This document shows, one piece after another, positions 53,647 to 64,000 of a stretch of DNA of 64,000 nt (position 1 is its first letter; every line of letters starts with the position of its first letter). This DNA is from Octopus vulgaris (lineage: Eukaryota): contig OX597814.1 of NCBI GenBank assembly GCA_951406725.2, positions 219,790,001-219,854,000 on the forward strand, in the 5' to 3' direction. The position numbers and the translations under genes were made by a program. The notes below the pieces were generated by a model. That model saw nothing but the letters and a program-made list of their open reading frames with translations. It ran no database searches and was not told the origin of the DNA.

Positions 53647-53921
53647 ATGGTTCCGGGTTCAGTCCTACTGCGTGGCACCTTGGGCAAGTGTCTTCTGCTA
53701 TAGCCCCGGGCCGACCAATGCCTTGTGAGTGGATTTGGTAGACGGAAACTGAAAGAAGCCCGTCGTATATATGTATATATATATATGTGTGTGCGTGTAT
53801 GTTTGTGTGTCTGTGTTTGTCCCCCTAGCATTGCTTGACAACCGATGCTGGTGTGTTTACGTCCCCGTTACTTAGCCGTTCGGCAAAAGAGACCGATAGA
53901 ATAAGTACTGGGCTTACAAAA
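53647..53921 (+). mobile_element. SINE family A, truncated at both ends
   Basis: Identity to other family A copies. Confidence 0.8.
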
Positions 53922-53970
53922 GAACAAGCCATGAGATCCACTGTCTGGTACTGCATCAGGGTATTTATTT

Positions 53971-54002
<32 letters not shown>

Positions 54003-54014
54003 TATTATTATTAT

Positions 54015-56913
54015 GCATCCGCGAAAATCTCAACGATCCTATGTGGTGAAAAGATTAGAAAACGGCAACATTCCCACAAAAAGCCTTCTTGGCAAGAGCG
54101 TTTGCAACAACAAATTAAACTATTTAGATCTGACATTGAATATTTGAAAAACCTTAAGGTTCACAAGACTACCAAACCTACAAAAAACCCAAAACTAATG
54201 AAAAAATATAATATGAAAACTATACTTGATATTGATACCACCATAGAAACCATCAAGCAAAAGGTATCTGCTAAAGCTGCCTGCATAGCGAGGAATGAAA
54301 AGCGTGTTAGATTTTTCAAGGACAACAACATGTTCAAAAATAACCCCAAAAATTTTTACAGGAAGATAGGAAAAACAGCAGTTACTGTAAGGTCTGTACC
54401 ATCAAAAGAAGAAGTGCAGGGATTTTGGAATAAAATTTGGGCAGAAGAAAAGGCCCCCTGGATTGATAGAATATCTACAGAACTGGACTCCTTAGAAGAG
54501 CAAAAGTGGGAGGGTGTCACGGTAGAAGATATAAGATCTGCTCTCAGGAGGTCAAGCAAATGGAAGTCTCCAGGAAAGGATAAAATTCCTAACTTCTGGT
54601 TGAATGCCTTCCCAGAGAGCCATGAACTGCTAACAGAATTTTACAATGATGTTTTGAAACACCTTAGTAGGATGCCTCCTTGGCTAGTTAAGGGGTTAAC
54701 ATTCCTGCTTCCAAAAAGTGAAGAAACAAATGAACCAAAAAACTATAGACCCATAACCTGCTTAACAGCTATGTATAAAACGCTAACATCTGTCCTGGCG
54801 GAATATACTTATAGTTTTTTAACAGACAGCAGCATATTCCACAATGAACAGAAAGGATGTAAACGTGGATCCCACGGTTGTAAAGATCAACTACTCATCA
54901 ATAAGATGATCTTAGAAGATTGTCACAAACGACACAAAAACTTATCAATAGCCTGGATAGACTATAAAAAGGCTTTTGATAGCCTACCACATAGCTGGAT
55001 TAAGAAATGCCTGGAAATGTATAAGATAGCACCTACTATGCGAAACTTTTTGACTGTAAGTATGAGATCATGGAGAACCACACTAACTTTGAACAGTGAC
55101 AATGAATCTCTAAATGCTGGTGATGTAAAAATTTCATGTGGCATTTTCCAGGGTGGCTCAATATCACCACGACGCGCAGTACGGATATAAAAGGTTTGAT
55201 AAAAATATAAATCATCTCATTTACATGGACGATTTAAAGCTTTTTGCAAAAAAAATGACCAACGACTCAAGGGTTTACTAGCGATAGTCAAACAATTCAG
55301 TGACGACATCAGAATGCAATTTAGCCTCGATAAATGTGCAAAAGCTACCTTTATCAAAGGAAAAATGACAGAAACATCTAACGTTAACCTTGAGCAGCAG
55401 AATGTCATAAAAGAACTACAAGTACCTAGGGGTAATTAAAGGGGACGGAATAAGGCATTCAGAGATGAAGGAAAGGATCAGGAGAGAATGTTATCGATGA
55501 GTGAGAGCAATACTCAAGACAGAGCTGAATGCAAGAAACAGGATCGAAGCGGTCAATGCATTAGCCATACCAGTCGTGACTTACAGTTTCAATATCGTTA
55601 ACTGGTCAATTACTGAAATATGTCAGCTTGACAGAAAAATACGAAAACAGTTGACAATGCATAGAATGCACCACCCTAAGGCAGATACAGAACGACTTTA
55701 TCTGCCAAGAAAAGAGGGAGGCCATGGTCTTTTATAACTGGCAATAACAATGAAGATTGCTGCAATTGGCCTAAACACCTACCTGAAAAACTTTGAGGAC
55801 TGGATGTTAAAACTTGCCTCAAAACATGAAAACAAGAAAGCATCATACTCAGTAACAAAACAAGCAAAGGAATATCTAAGTGAATTTCGAATACAACAAA
55901 TTTCGGAATTAGACATACAAGAAACACGCACAGAAAAAGCAAGCGCATGAAAACCCGTGCTAAAACTACTGCCTTAGATATTCTGATATTCTCAATGGCA
56001 AATACCCAAAGAGAGCGAATAATGCCATGACCCATCAATGGCTAATGGCCTCTGGCTTAAAATCTGAAACAGAAGGGTTTATCATAGCAGCTCAAGATCA
56101 ATGCCTACCAACAAGAAACTACCAGGCCAACATATTAAAGAACGGCAGTAGCCCAACATGTCGTGTATGTCGACAACAAAATGAAACCATTGATCATGTT
56201 GTCTCCAAGTGCAGTCTTCTAGCGCCTACAGAGTATCTCAACAGGCATGATAGAGCTGCACAATATATTCACTGGGTAATTTTCAAAAACCTGGATTTGC
56301 CCCATGAAAAAGAACTGGTGGGAACACAAACCACCTCCAGTGCTTGAAAATGACCACATCTCACTCCTCTGGAACTTCACCATTCAAGCTGACAGAAAGA
56401 TAGATGCAAATAGGCCAGACATCATATTGAAAGACTTCAGACAAAGAACATGCCTCCTCATTGATATGACTGTCCCAATCGATATAAACGTATCTGTCAA
56501 GACCTACCAAAAACTGAGCAAATATAAAGATCTTGAAATAGAAATCAGCAAAATGTGGAACCTGAAGACTAAAACAATACCTGTTGTCATAGGTGCCCTG
56601 GGAATGATAGCGAAAGGGGCTGATTGCTACTTAACTCAGATATCAGGAAACCCCAAAATGGCAGAAATTCAAAAGATAGTGCTCATGGGAACTGCTCATA
56701 TCCTACGCAAAATACTCTCTATGTAATCTCAAGGTTTAAAACAAACAATTTTTAAAAAACAATTATTTATTAGACATTCACTAGTACAACCCCCCCCAAA
56801 TATATGGCCCACTAGGCATAACAACAACGTGAACTTCCAACCTGTTGTCTCTTGAGGTCTCTGGGTGAGACTTGGAGCCAACTTGTACAAACATAAAGCA
56901 AAAGTCAAACATA

Positions 56914-56959
<46 letters not shown>
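54015..56959 (+). mobile_element. R4/Dong-like non-LTR retrotransposon (RT, CCHC and restriction-like endonuclease), 5'-truncated and frameshifted
   Basis: KWKSPGKDKIPNFWL, NYRPITCL, EQKGC..GCKDQLL, AWIDYKKAFDSLPHSWI, GIFQG, HLIYMDDLK, CRVC..ETIDHVVSKC..RHD, RPDIIL..LIDMTVP..K..KY.DL. (AAT)n tail at 56915-56959. Confidence 0.92.
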
Positions 56960-56961
<2 letters not shown>

Positions 56962-57433
56962 TATTGATAACTGTGTGTGGTGTGTTTCCCTTCAGATGGT
57001 CTGCCTAATGTATAGAAATAGGTGTATATTATTTCTGTATACTCCTCTCATGTCTATTTGATCCTCTTACATTTTTCTTTCTCTGGCGGGTGTGGCGGCG
57101 GACTTGGAGGGTTCGAGTTGGGGTAGTTCTCGTTCAAGTGACCATCCAGCTTCGTATTCAGTGAAGAGCTAGTACCAGAGGATGACTTTTCGATCCCGGG
57201 CTGGCTCTCTCCTGGGCGACGCGCTTCCAGATTAATAATAGGACAAGCGATTTGGTGTGCTGTCGTAGTTCTCCTTTCTGTTCCGTTGAGCATATTTGTG
57301 CTACATTTAGATTATTGGTATCGAACCCTGTATTGAGGAAGATTTGGAGACGGTTGTAGTCACTGTCACTATTGTCGACTCCGTCATTAATACTGTTACA
57401 GTTACTTTAACCTTGCTATTAAAGCATTGCTCG

Positions 57434-57758
57434 TGGAGGCGCAATGGTCCAGTGGTTAAGGCAGCGAACTCGTATTCGGAGGATCGCGGTTTCGATTCCC
57501 AGACCGGGCGTTGTGTGTGTTTATTGAGCGAAAACACCTAAAGCTCCACGAGGCTCCGGCAGGGGGTGGTGGCGACCTCTGTTGTACTCTTTCGCCCCAA
57601 CTTTCTCTCACTCTCTCTTCCTGTTTCTTGAGTAACGCTGCGATGGACTGGCGTCCCGTCCAGCTGGGCTGGAACACATGCGCCACAGAAACCGGGAAAC
57701 CGGGCCCATGGGCCTGGCTAGGCTTGAAAAGGGCGCATAAATAAATAAATAAATAAAT
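57434..57758 (+). mobile_element. tRNA-derived SINE family C, tail type 1
   Basis: A/B boxes TGGTCCAGTGG and GGTTTCGATTCCC. Body GCGATGGACTGGCGTCCCGTCCAG, (TAAA)n tail. Confidence 0.8.
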
Positions 57759-58089
57759 TACCGCCAATAGTGCCTTGATTTGTAGCCATGGCAATAGTAT
57801 AACCATTATTAATTAAAACCTGCCGTCTTTGCTCCAACAATTGTGTGGTATGATTAAATGTTGTTTAGTTTCGACTTTTGCCTTGTACTTGAGATAATCA
57901 TAAATATGTAAGGATTGAAATAGTAAGCGGAAGGGAAGCAGCTTGGTGAATAGAGACCAAATTCCACAGGTCTGTAAATAGGTTCGGCAGGGGGGAAGGA
58001 GATCAACAATAGGCCTTCGCATTCCAGTGAAATAAGGAGACAACAGAAGCCTCACACTATTGGTGGGGTCAGCAGAGGTCGAATGTGTT

Positions 58090-58134
<45 letters not shown>

Positions 58135-58208
58135 CGATCAATGAGATCGTTCTTGAGAAGAACCAGTTCACCTTGTTCTATTTTTAATTACTGATAGAAA
58201 AAATATTA

Positions 58209-58256
<48 letters not shown>

Positions 58257-58916
58257 CCATACTGATGTTCACATCGTTGAATTTTTTAATTTCTGAATCT
58301 TTAAAAAAAAATTTTTGAATTTTTCTGTTTTTTCTTTATAAGTTTTGCTGTGGTTTAAGTTTTCGTAATTGCGCAGTTTCTATATATTGGGAGGAGATAT
58401 TTACCTCCTAAATTTTTATCGTGCATTTAATTGTGTTGTTGCAATAAAAGGTATGCTTACATATTCGAGTAGTCAGGGAGAAAAGAAAGGTAAAATGTTT
58501 ACAAAAGGTCGTTGATATTAAAGTTTTTCAGTTTTGTAAAGTTGATTGTTTGTATGTCCGATCAGAGAAACTGTAGTATTTTTAGAATAAAAAGGATGTG
58601 TGCATTTCCATTATTCAGACTAACGAATCTACCAGATCATTGCCTTGCCGTCATATAATATAATAAAACAATATATTGAATAATTAACAATGCGTCGAAT
58701 AGCTATTCGATTCATTAGTAGTCATTCACATAGCTGACTATCCTCTTGAAAAGCTCCATCAATTTGTGGCATCGTGTCTATGTTAGAAATCATTAATATC
58801 AATCCAAGAGAGAATACGCGGTGTTAACGCTCTATTTCAGTCTACAGGGATTATATTCATCTTTCGGGCAATCAGAGCCACGTGTGCTTTCATAATCAAT
58901 CTATCTGTATTAAATA

Positions 58917-59413
58917 CTAGCAGTATCACCCGGCGTTGCTCGGGTTTGTAAGGGAAATAACTATATAAGCATTTTTAGAGAGTTATAGCCAAAAACTAGC
59001 AAAAAAATGCATTAAAAATGGAAAAAAAATGATGGTAAATTTTTTAAAAATCGTTGATTCATCGTAGACATTTTTAGAGAGTTACTCCCCTTATATAATA
59101 GCGAAAAAATGCATTAAAATGGAAAAAAATGATGGTAAATTTTTTTAAAATCGTTGACTCATCGTAGACATTTTTAGAGAGTTACTTCCCTTATATAATA
59201 GCGAAAAAATGCATTAAAATGGAAAAAAATGATGGTAAATTTTTTTTTAAATCGTAGACTCATCATAGACGCGCGCTAATACCCAGAAGGGCTCGATATG
59301 AATCACGACTATAAGATACCCGGTTTTGGTTAAACTGCACCGCAAAATGTGGGAGTAGTTAGGAATCTAAATCGTAGGAGACAGACACACAACTTCACTT
59401 TTATATATAAAGA
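58917..59413 (-). mobile_element. Non-autonomous Helitron with an extra 100-bp internal unit
   Basis: Same termini as 3760-4162. Unit starts at about 59009, 59111 and 59211. Confidence 0.85.
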
Positions 59414-59446
<33 letters not shown>

Positions 59447-59605
59447 CGTATGTTAAGAAGACTAGAAATCACGTCTCAAATGAGTAAAGTCAGTATCGAT
59501 GGCCGTTGTTGCCAAGAAAGAGAAGGGAAAGACCTCGAAAGTTGAATATAACTTTAAAAAATAACGAGACCCATTGAGTTTGTTCTTTGGTGAGTACAGT
59601 GACAA

Positions 59606-59646
59606 CTCCGATCATGTTTCGGTCATGTCAAACCTCATCAGCGAAG
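59606..59646 (-). ncRNA. Minimal hammerhead motif (U16.1 changed to A)
   Basis: Minus strand: CTTCG-CTGATGA-GGTT TGACAT GACC-GAAA-CATG-AT-CGGAG. Confidence 0.65.
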
Positions 59647-59679
59647 CATAGTCTAATACAGTCAACACCCTAAAACATG

Positions 59680-59949
59680 TAAGCCACAATGTATTCTAAC
59701 AAGTTGCCTTTGAATTTTCAAAATTCATCTTAACTAAGTCGCAATCTATTAACAAGACATATTTGAGTTTTTAAAATTCGTTTTAACTAAGCCACAATCT
59801 GTTCTAACAAAACGCTTTCGAATTTTTAAAATTCGTCTTAACTAAGCCACACTTTATTTTAACAAGGTACTTTAGAGTTTTTAAAAATTGTCTTACGACA
59901 CAGTTTATTCTAACAAGTCGCTTTTGAGTTTTTAAATTTCGTCTTAACT
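59680..59949. repeat. Degenerate minisatellite, five units of about 55 bp
   Basis: Unit TAAGCCACAATCTATTCTAACAAG...TTTGAGTTTTTAAAATTCGTCTTAAC, starting at 59680, 59735, 59788, 59843 and about 59893. Confidence 0.8.
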
Positions 59950-60031
59950 CTGTATTCCACAATGAAGAAGCAGAAGGAGTTGGAGGTGAGAACTGGGTGC
60001 TTTGGGCGATTGATGCAAAATTTATATGGGG

Positions 60032-60419
60032 ATGGAAGCACTCCGTCGGTTACGACGATGAGGGTTCCGGTTGATCCGAATCAACGGAACAGCCTGCTTC
60101 GTGAAATTAACGTGTAAGTGGCTGAGCACTCCACAGACACGTGCACCCTTAGCGTAGTTCTCGGGGATATTCAGCGTGACACAGAGAGTGACAAGGCCGG
60201 CCCCTTGAAATACAGGTACAACAGAAACAGGAAGTAAGAGTGAGAGAAAGTTGTGGTGAAAGAGTACAGCAGGGATCACCACCATCCCCTGCCGGAGCCT
60301 CGTGCAGCTTTTAGGTGTTTTCGCTCAATAAACACTCACAACGCCCGGTCTGGGAATCGAAACCGCGATCCTATGACCGCGAGTCCGCTGCCCTAACCAC
60401 TGAGCCATCGCGCCTCCAC
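60032..60419 (-). mobile_element. SINE family C, tail type 2
   Basis: Same head as 57434 with a different 3' half. Near-identical to 61567-61936. Confidence 0.85.
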
Positions 60420-61467
60420 TCAAAATTTATATATAACCACAATAAAGTCCGTAAGCATGCGAGTTCATGGTCCAACATTTCTAAATGTTATACACACAAA
60501 CGTATATCTCTTCAAACTGAACATTGACCGTATGAACATAAATCGTACCAAATATTTTTTGACTTTTCAAAAATTGCACAGCTGTTATATGGAAGGCTAA
60601 CTCTTTTATAGAGAGACAAGTATGGAATTTATCTTTTTTTAAACCATAAACTGGTGAAAATTACATTACCTTTTTTTTTTAAATGAACTTCATTGTTGAA
60701 AGGTACTAATTTAGATATTGCTATCGTTTATTTAGCAGAAGAGGTGGTACTGCAATTTTTATTAACTAATTTCTTTTCTCCGTTACTTAGCCCATCTGTA
60801 ACGCTTTCACATGATTAGTTGAAGGGAAGGTGAAGAGCGACAGAAAAAGGGGAGAGAAAAAGAGGGTAAGGCGAAGAGTGAGGATGAAAGAGGGAGAGTG
60901 CTGTGTATTAAAGTCTATAAAATTGTGCAAAAAATAAAGTGTATATATAAAATGCATTAAGTAATCATTGTATTCCAATTTTCTTCACTTTTCAATGATT
61001 AGCAGATGTATCTTTTGATACAGACACAACACAGGCTACGCTCTCAGGTGTTTTGGATAAAGTTTTCACAATTAACCCAATAAGTTTATCATTAATTCCG
61101 TGAAATATTCACGGGTCCCGCTAGTGTAATATAAATGTGTATAACGTGAACCTAGGTATATTCACATTTTTAAAAATTGTGAATAAGAAATTTACAATAA
61201 ATATTTGCAGAGTGAAGTTTAGATAAACACTAGAGATTTGAATTCATTTCTGTTGGTTGTTTTAAGGGGTTCCTCAGACAATAGGCTGTTTATGAAATTT
61301 TACATAGTTGTACGAAATCTGAGTTACCATATTCCTGCATTGGAAAATACCAAGAGTCTATTGTTTAGGTAGCTATTAAGTTCGTGACGGTATTTCTGTT
61401 TGCTTACTTCTATTTCAAGTTTCTTGCATAAGGAGGAAATTTATCACGCATTTCTTGTGTGTGTATA

Positions 61468-61514
<47 letters not shown>

Positions 61515-61566
61515 GTGTGTGTGTGTGTGTATGTATGTGTGTGTGTGCGTGTGTGTGTGTATACAC

Positions 61567-61936
61567 ATGGAAGCACTCCGTCGGTTACGACGACGAGGGT
61601 TCCGGTTGATCCGAATCAACGGAACAGCCTGCTCGTGAAATTAACGTGTAAGTGGCTGAGCACTCCACAGACACGTGTACCCTTAACGTAGTTCTCGGAG
61701 ATATTCAGCGTGACACAGAGAGTGACAAGGCCGGCCCTTTGAAATACAAGTACAACAGAAACAGGAAGTAAGAGTGAGAGAAAGTTGTGGTGAAAGAGTA
61801 CAGCAGGGATCACCACCATCCCTGCCGGAGCCTCGTGGAGCTTTAGGTGTTTTCGCTCAATAAACACTCACAACGCCCGGTCTGGGAATCGAAACCGCGA
61901 GTCCGCTGCCCTAACCACTGGGCCATTGCGCCTCCG
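61567..61936 (-). mobile_element. SINE family C, tail type 2 (small deletion in the head)
   Basis: Near-identical to 60032-60419. Confidence 0.85.
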
Positions 61937-62744
61937 TGTATACACATACATATAATACAAACATGCATATATACATATATATGAGTATGTATACATATAC
62001 ACATATATGCACTGTGGCATATGCACATACATATATATTATATCTTTATACATCAGGATCGTCACCATTGTTATCGATATCGTTTTCACGTCTGCTTTTC
62101 TGTGCTCAGATTGGCTGATCGAAACTTTTCCACGCCTCTTATAACATAGAGATATGGCACACCTATTCTGGAAACGAAGTCACACACAGCAAAAATATGT
62201 ATATGTGTGTGTGACTTGTTCCCACCCACAAAATTCCAGACCGTGTGCCTATAATAGAAAGGATTATTATCATCATTCGCCTGGGTCAACTTTGCTTTTC
62301 GCCCTTTCGTGATCAATAGAATAAATTACCAGTCAGGTACTGAAGCTATAGGGGTGGTGGTGAAGTAACATACTTAAAATACTAAATTTTACTTATAATA
62401 GTAATTATATTATACATGATAAATCTAGTAATGGTTATTACAATAGAATGAGATCTCATCAGACACAGAAAATAAATTTGTTAAAAGCTTAGGTTTTTAA
62501 CCTTTTTACTGCCACGCCTCACCTAGAAATTTGTTCTTCTTTCCATGCTCCCTTTGCATCTATGAATAAAATTCCCTCCCAGACTTTAAATAACATCTAA
62601 AATATGTTTTTAGTCTTTTTATTGAATATGAATTAGTCACATTATACAAAATATGTATAATTTTATATATAATCACATTATACAAAAAGTCGGAGACTTG
62701 ACACTGCTTCTTAGCAAAAAGAAATTCTTTTTATTGAATATGAA

Positions 62745-64000
62745 TTAGTCACATTAGTTGCTTCTTAGCTACAAGATCTTGAACGCGTGGTTGAATGCCA
62801 GAGAGTGCACGGCATAAGTTCCTTTCAATATTCAACCTGTTTCTGTACTTGGTCATGACAACAGCAAGTTTGGAAAATGCAGCTTCCCAAAGATACGTGG
62901 ATCCAAACATAGCTAAAATCCGAAGAGCCTGATGTGAGATCAAAGAGTAAACAGGAAGGTACTTGATTTAGAATGTTTCAAGATCCAGTTCTTTGAAGTC
63001 TTCCTTAGCTGGGAGTTGAACTTCAGCTCAAGAAACTTCTCTTGCACTTTGTCAAAAAACATCAGTCACTTCACACTGAAATGGGTTCCTGATGAATTTC
63101 CAAGCTTCACGCTTTTTATCTATATCTGTGAAGTATCTGGTGAATTCTGTTTTCAAGACAGTTAGATGAGTGATTATTTATTTCTTGAACTCAGAATCAA
63201 GGTTACCATAAATGAGAGCAGAATCCAAGTAACTAAAACTGGCTATATTTCCCTGCTGAATTCGACATTTCTAGAGGTCGAGTTTGGCCATGAAGGTTCG
63301 AATGGTGTCGTGGTGCGTGAGAATATTGATTTTTTCCCCTTGTAGTTTAAGGTCGAGAGCATTCAACGCTTCGAGGATGTCCACCAGGTAAGCTAGAGAA
63401 AGCTGAAATCCTTCAGACTGGAACTTGTCATGGAGATCTGCCTTCGGTTGCAAATCTAGAAATATTGCTACTTCTTGTAGTTCATAAAGCCGTCCAAGCA
63501 TGTTCCCTTTGATAGCCATCGCACGTTCGTGTGGAAAAGCAATGCTTCATGTTTAGATTCCATATCTTTATACAACAGTTTGAAAAGACGACTGTTTAAG
63601 GCTCCACCCTTAAAGTTGACAACCTTCCAATTTCAGAAGGCAATGTTCTGGATGCTAAGGCTTCACGATGAAATATGCAATGTGCACCGACAACAGATGG
63701 ATTTTTTTCTTTCACCCTAGTAATGAATCCAGACTGCAGACCAAGCATGTCTGGAGCTCCATCAGTGCATACCCCTGCCAGTGAATCCCACGAAAGTTTG
63801 TTTTCTTGAAAGAAGTTTGATATATCACGAAAAATAGTTGTTGCTGTCACCATAGGGTGACAGAACAACATTTACTCTTTTACATAGTTGCTTGACACAG
63901 AATGAGCTCATACCAGTAGCTGAAAGCACTGAGCGATGACAGCCGTTTCGTCACACTAGATGGCAAAAACAGTAGAGTCTCTTACTTGATCGAGAATTTG
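62745..64000 (-). mobile_element. hAT (Buster/Charlie-like) transposase relic, running off the window end
   Basis: VCTDGAPDMLG..HCIFHREALAS, LAYLVDILEALNALDLKLQG, FGSTYLWEAAFSKL..KYRNRL (hAT dimerisation domain). Multiple frameshifts. Confidence 0.9.

Noticed and set aside
53835-54014. His-rich N-terminus of the 451-aa ORF as a real protein start
   Set aside because: It is read-through from a SINE and a (CAT)n microsatellite into a truncated R4-like element.
57054-57293. 79-aa Pro/Ser-rich minus-strand ORF as a gene
   Set aside because: No recognisable domain or convincing splice context; left unassigned.
57434-57510. tRNA genes at SINE heads
   Set aside because: A/B boxes are present, but no complete cloverleaf or terminator was seen and each continues into a SINE body.

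Overview
AT-rich, repeat-saturated eukaryotic DNA. The SINE families, (TA)n/(GTAT)n microsatellites and RTE/Penelope content look like a coleoid cephalopod (octopus-type) genome; this is inferred from repeat style, not from a search. Only one host gene is recognisable: the last three coding exons of a CDYL-like crotonase-fold gene on + (3499-3709, 11361-11504, 16334-16495). The rest is nested transposon debris: RTE, CR1-like and R4/Dong-like LINEs, three Penelope-like (PLE) relics with GIY-YIG domains, a Gypsy relic, mariner, hAT, piggyBac, non-autonomous Helitrons, MITEs and four tRNA-derived SINE families. The most striking unannotated signal is a set of about eight hammerhead-ribozyme motifs read by eye, nearly all a short distance upstream of a microsatellite on their own strand. 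Two carry the compensatory U3-A8 core (UUGAUAA), one has a long stem II inside a small inverted-repeat element, and two form a fold-back pair just downstream of the CDYL stop. Also notable are a 171-bp inverted templated insertion in the last CDYL intron and a 5-kb head-to-tail SINE array. All calls were made by eye; no alignments or folding programs were run.
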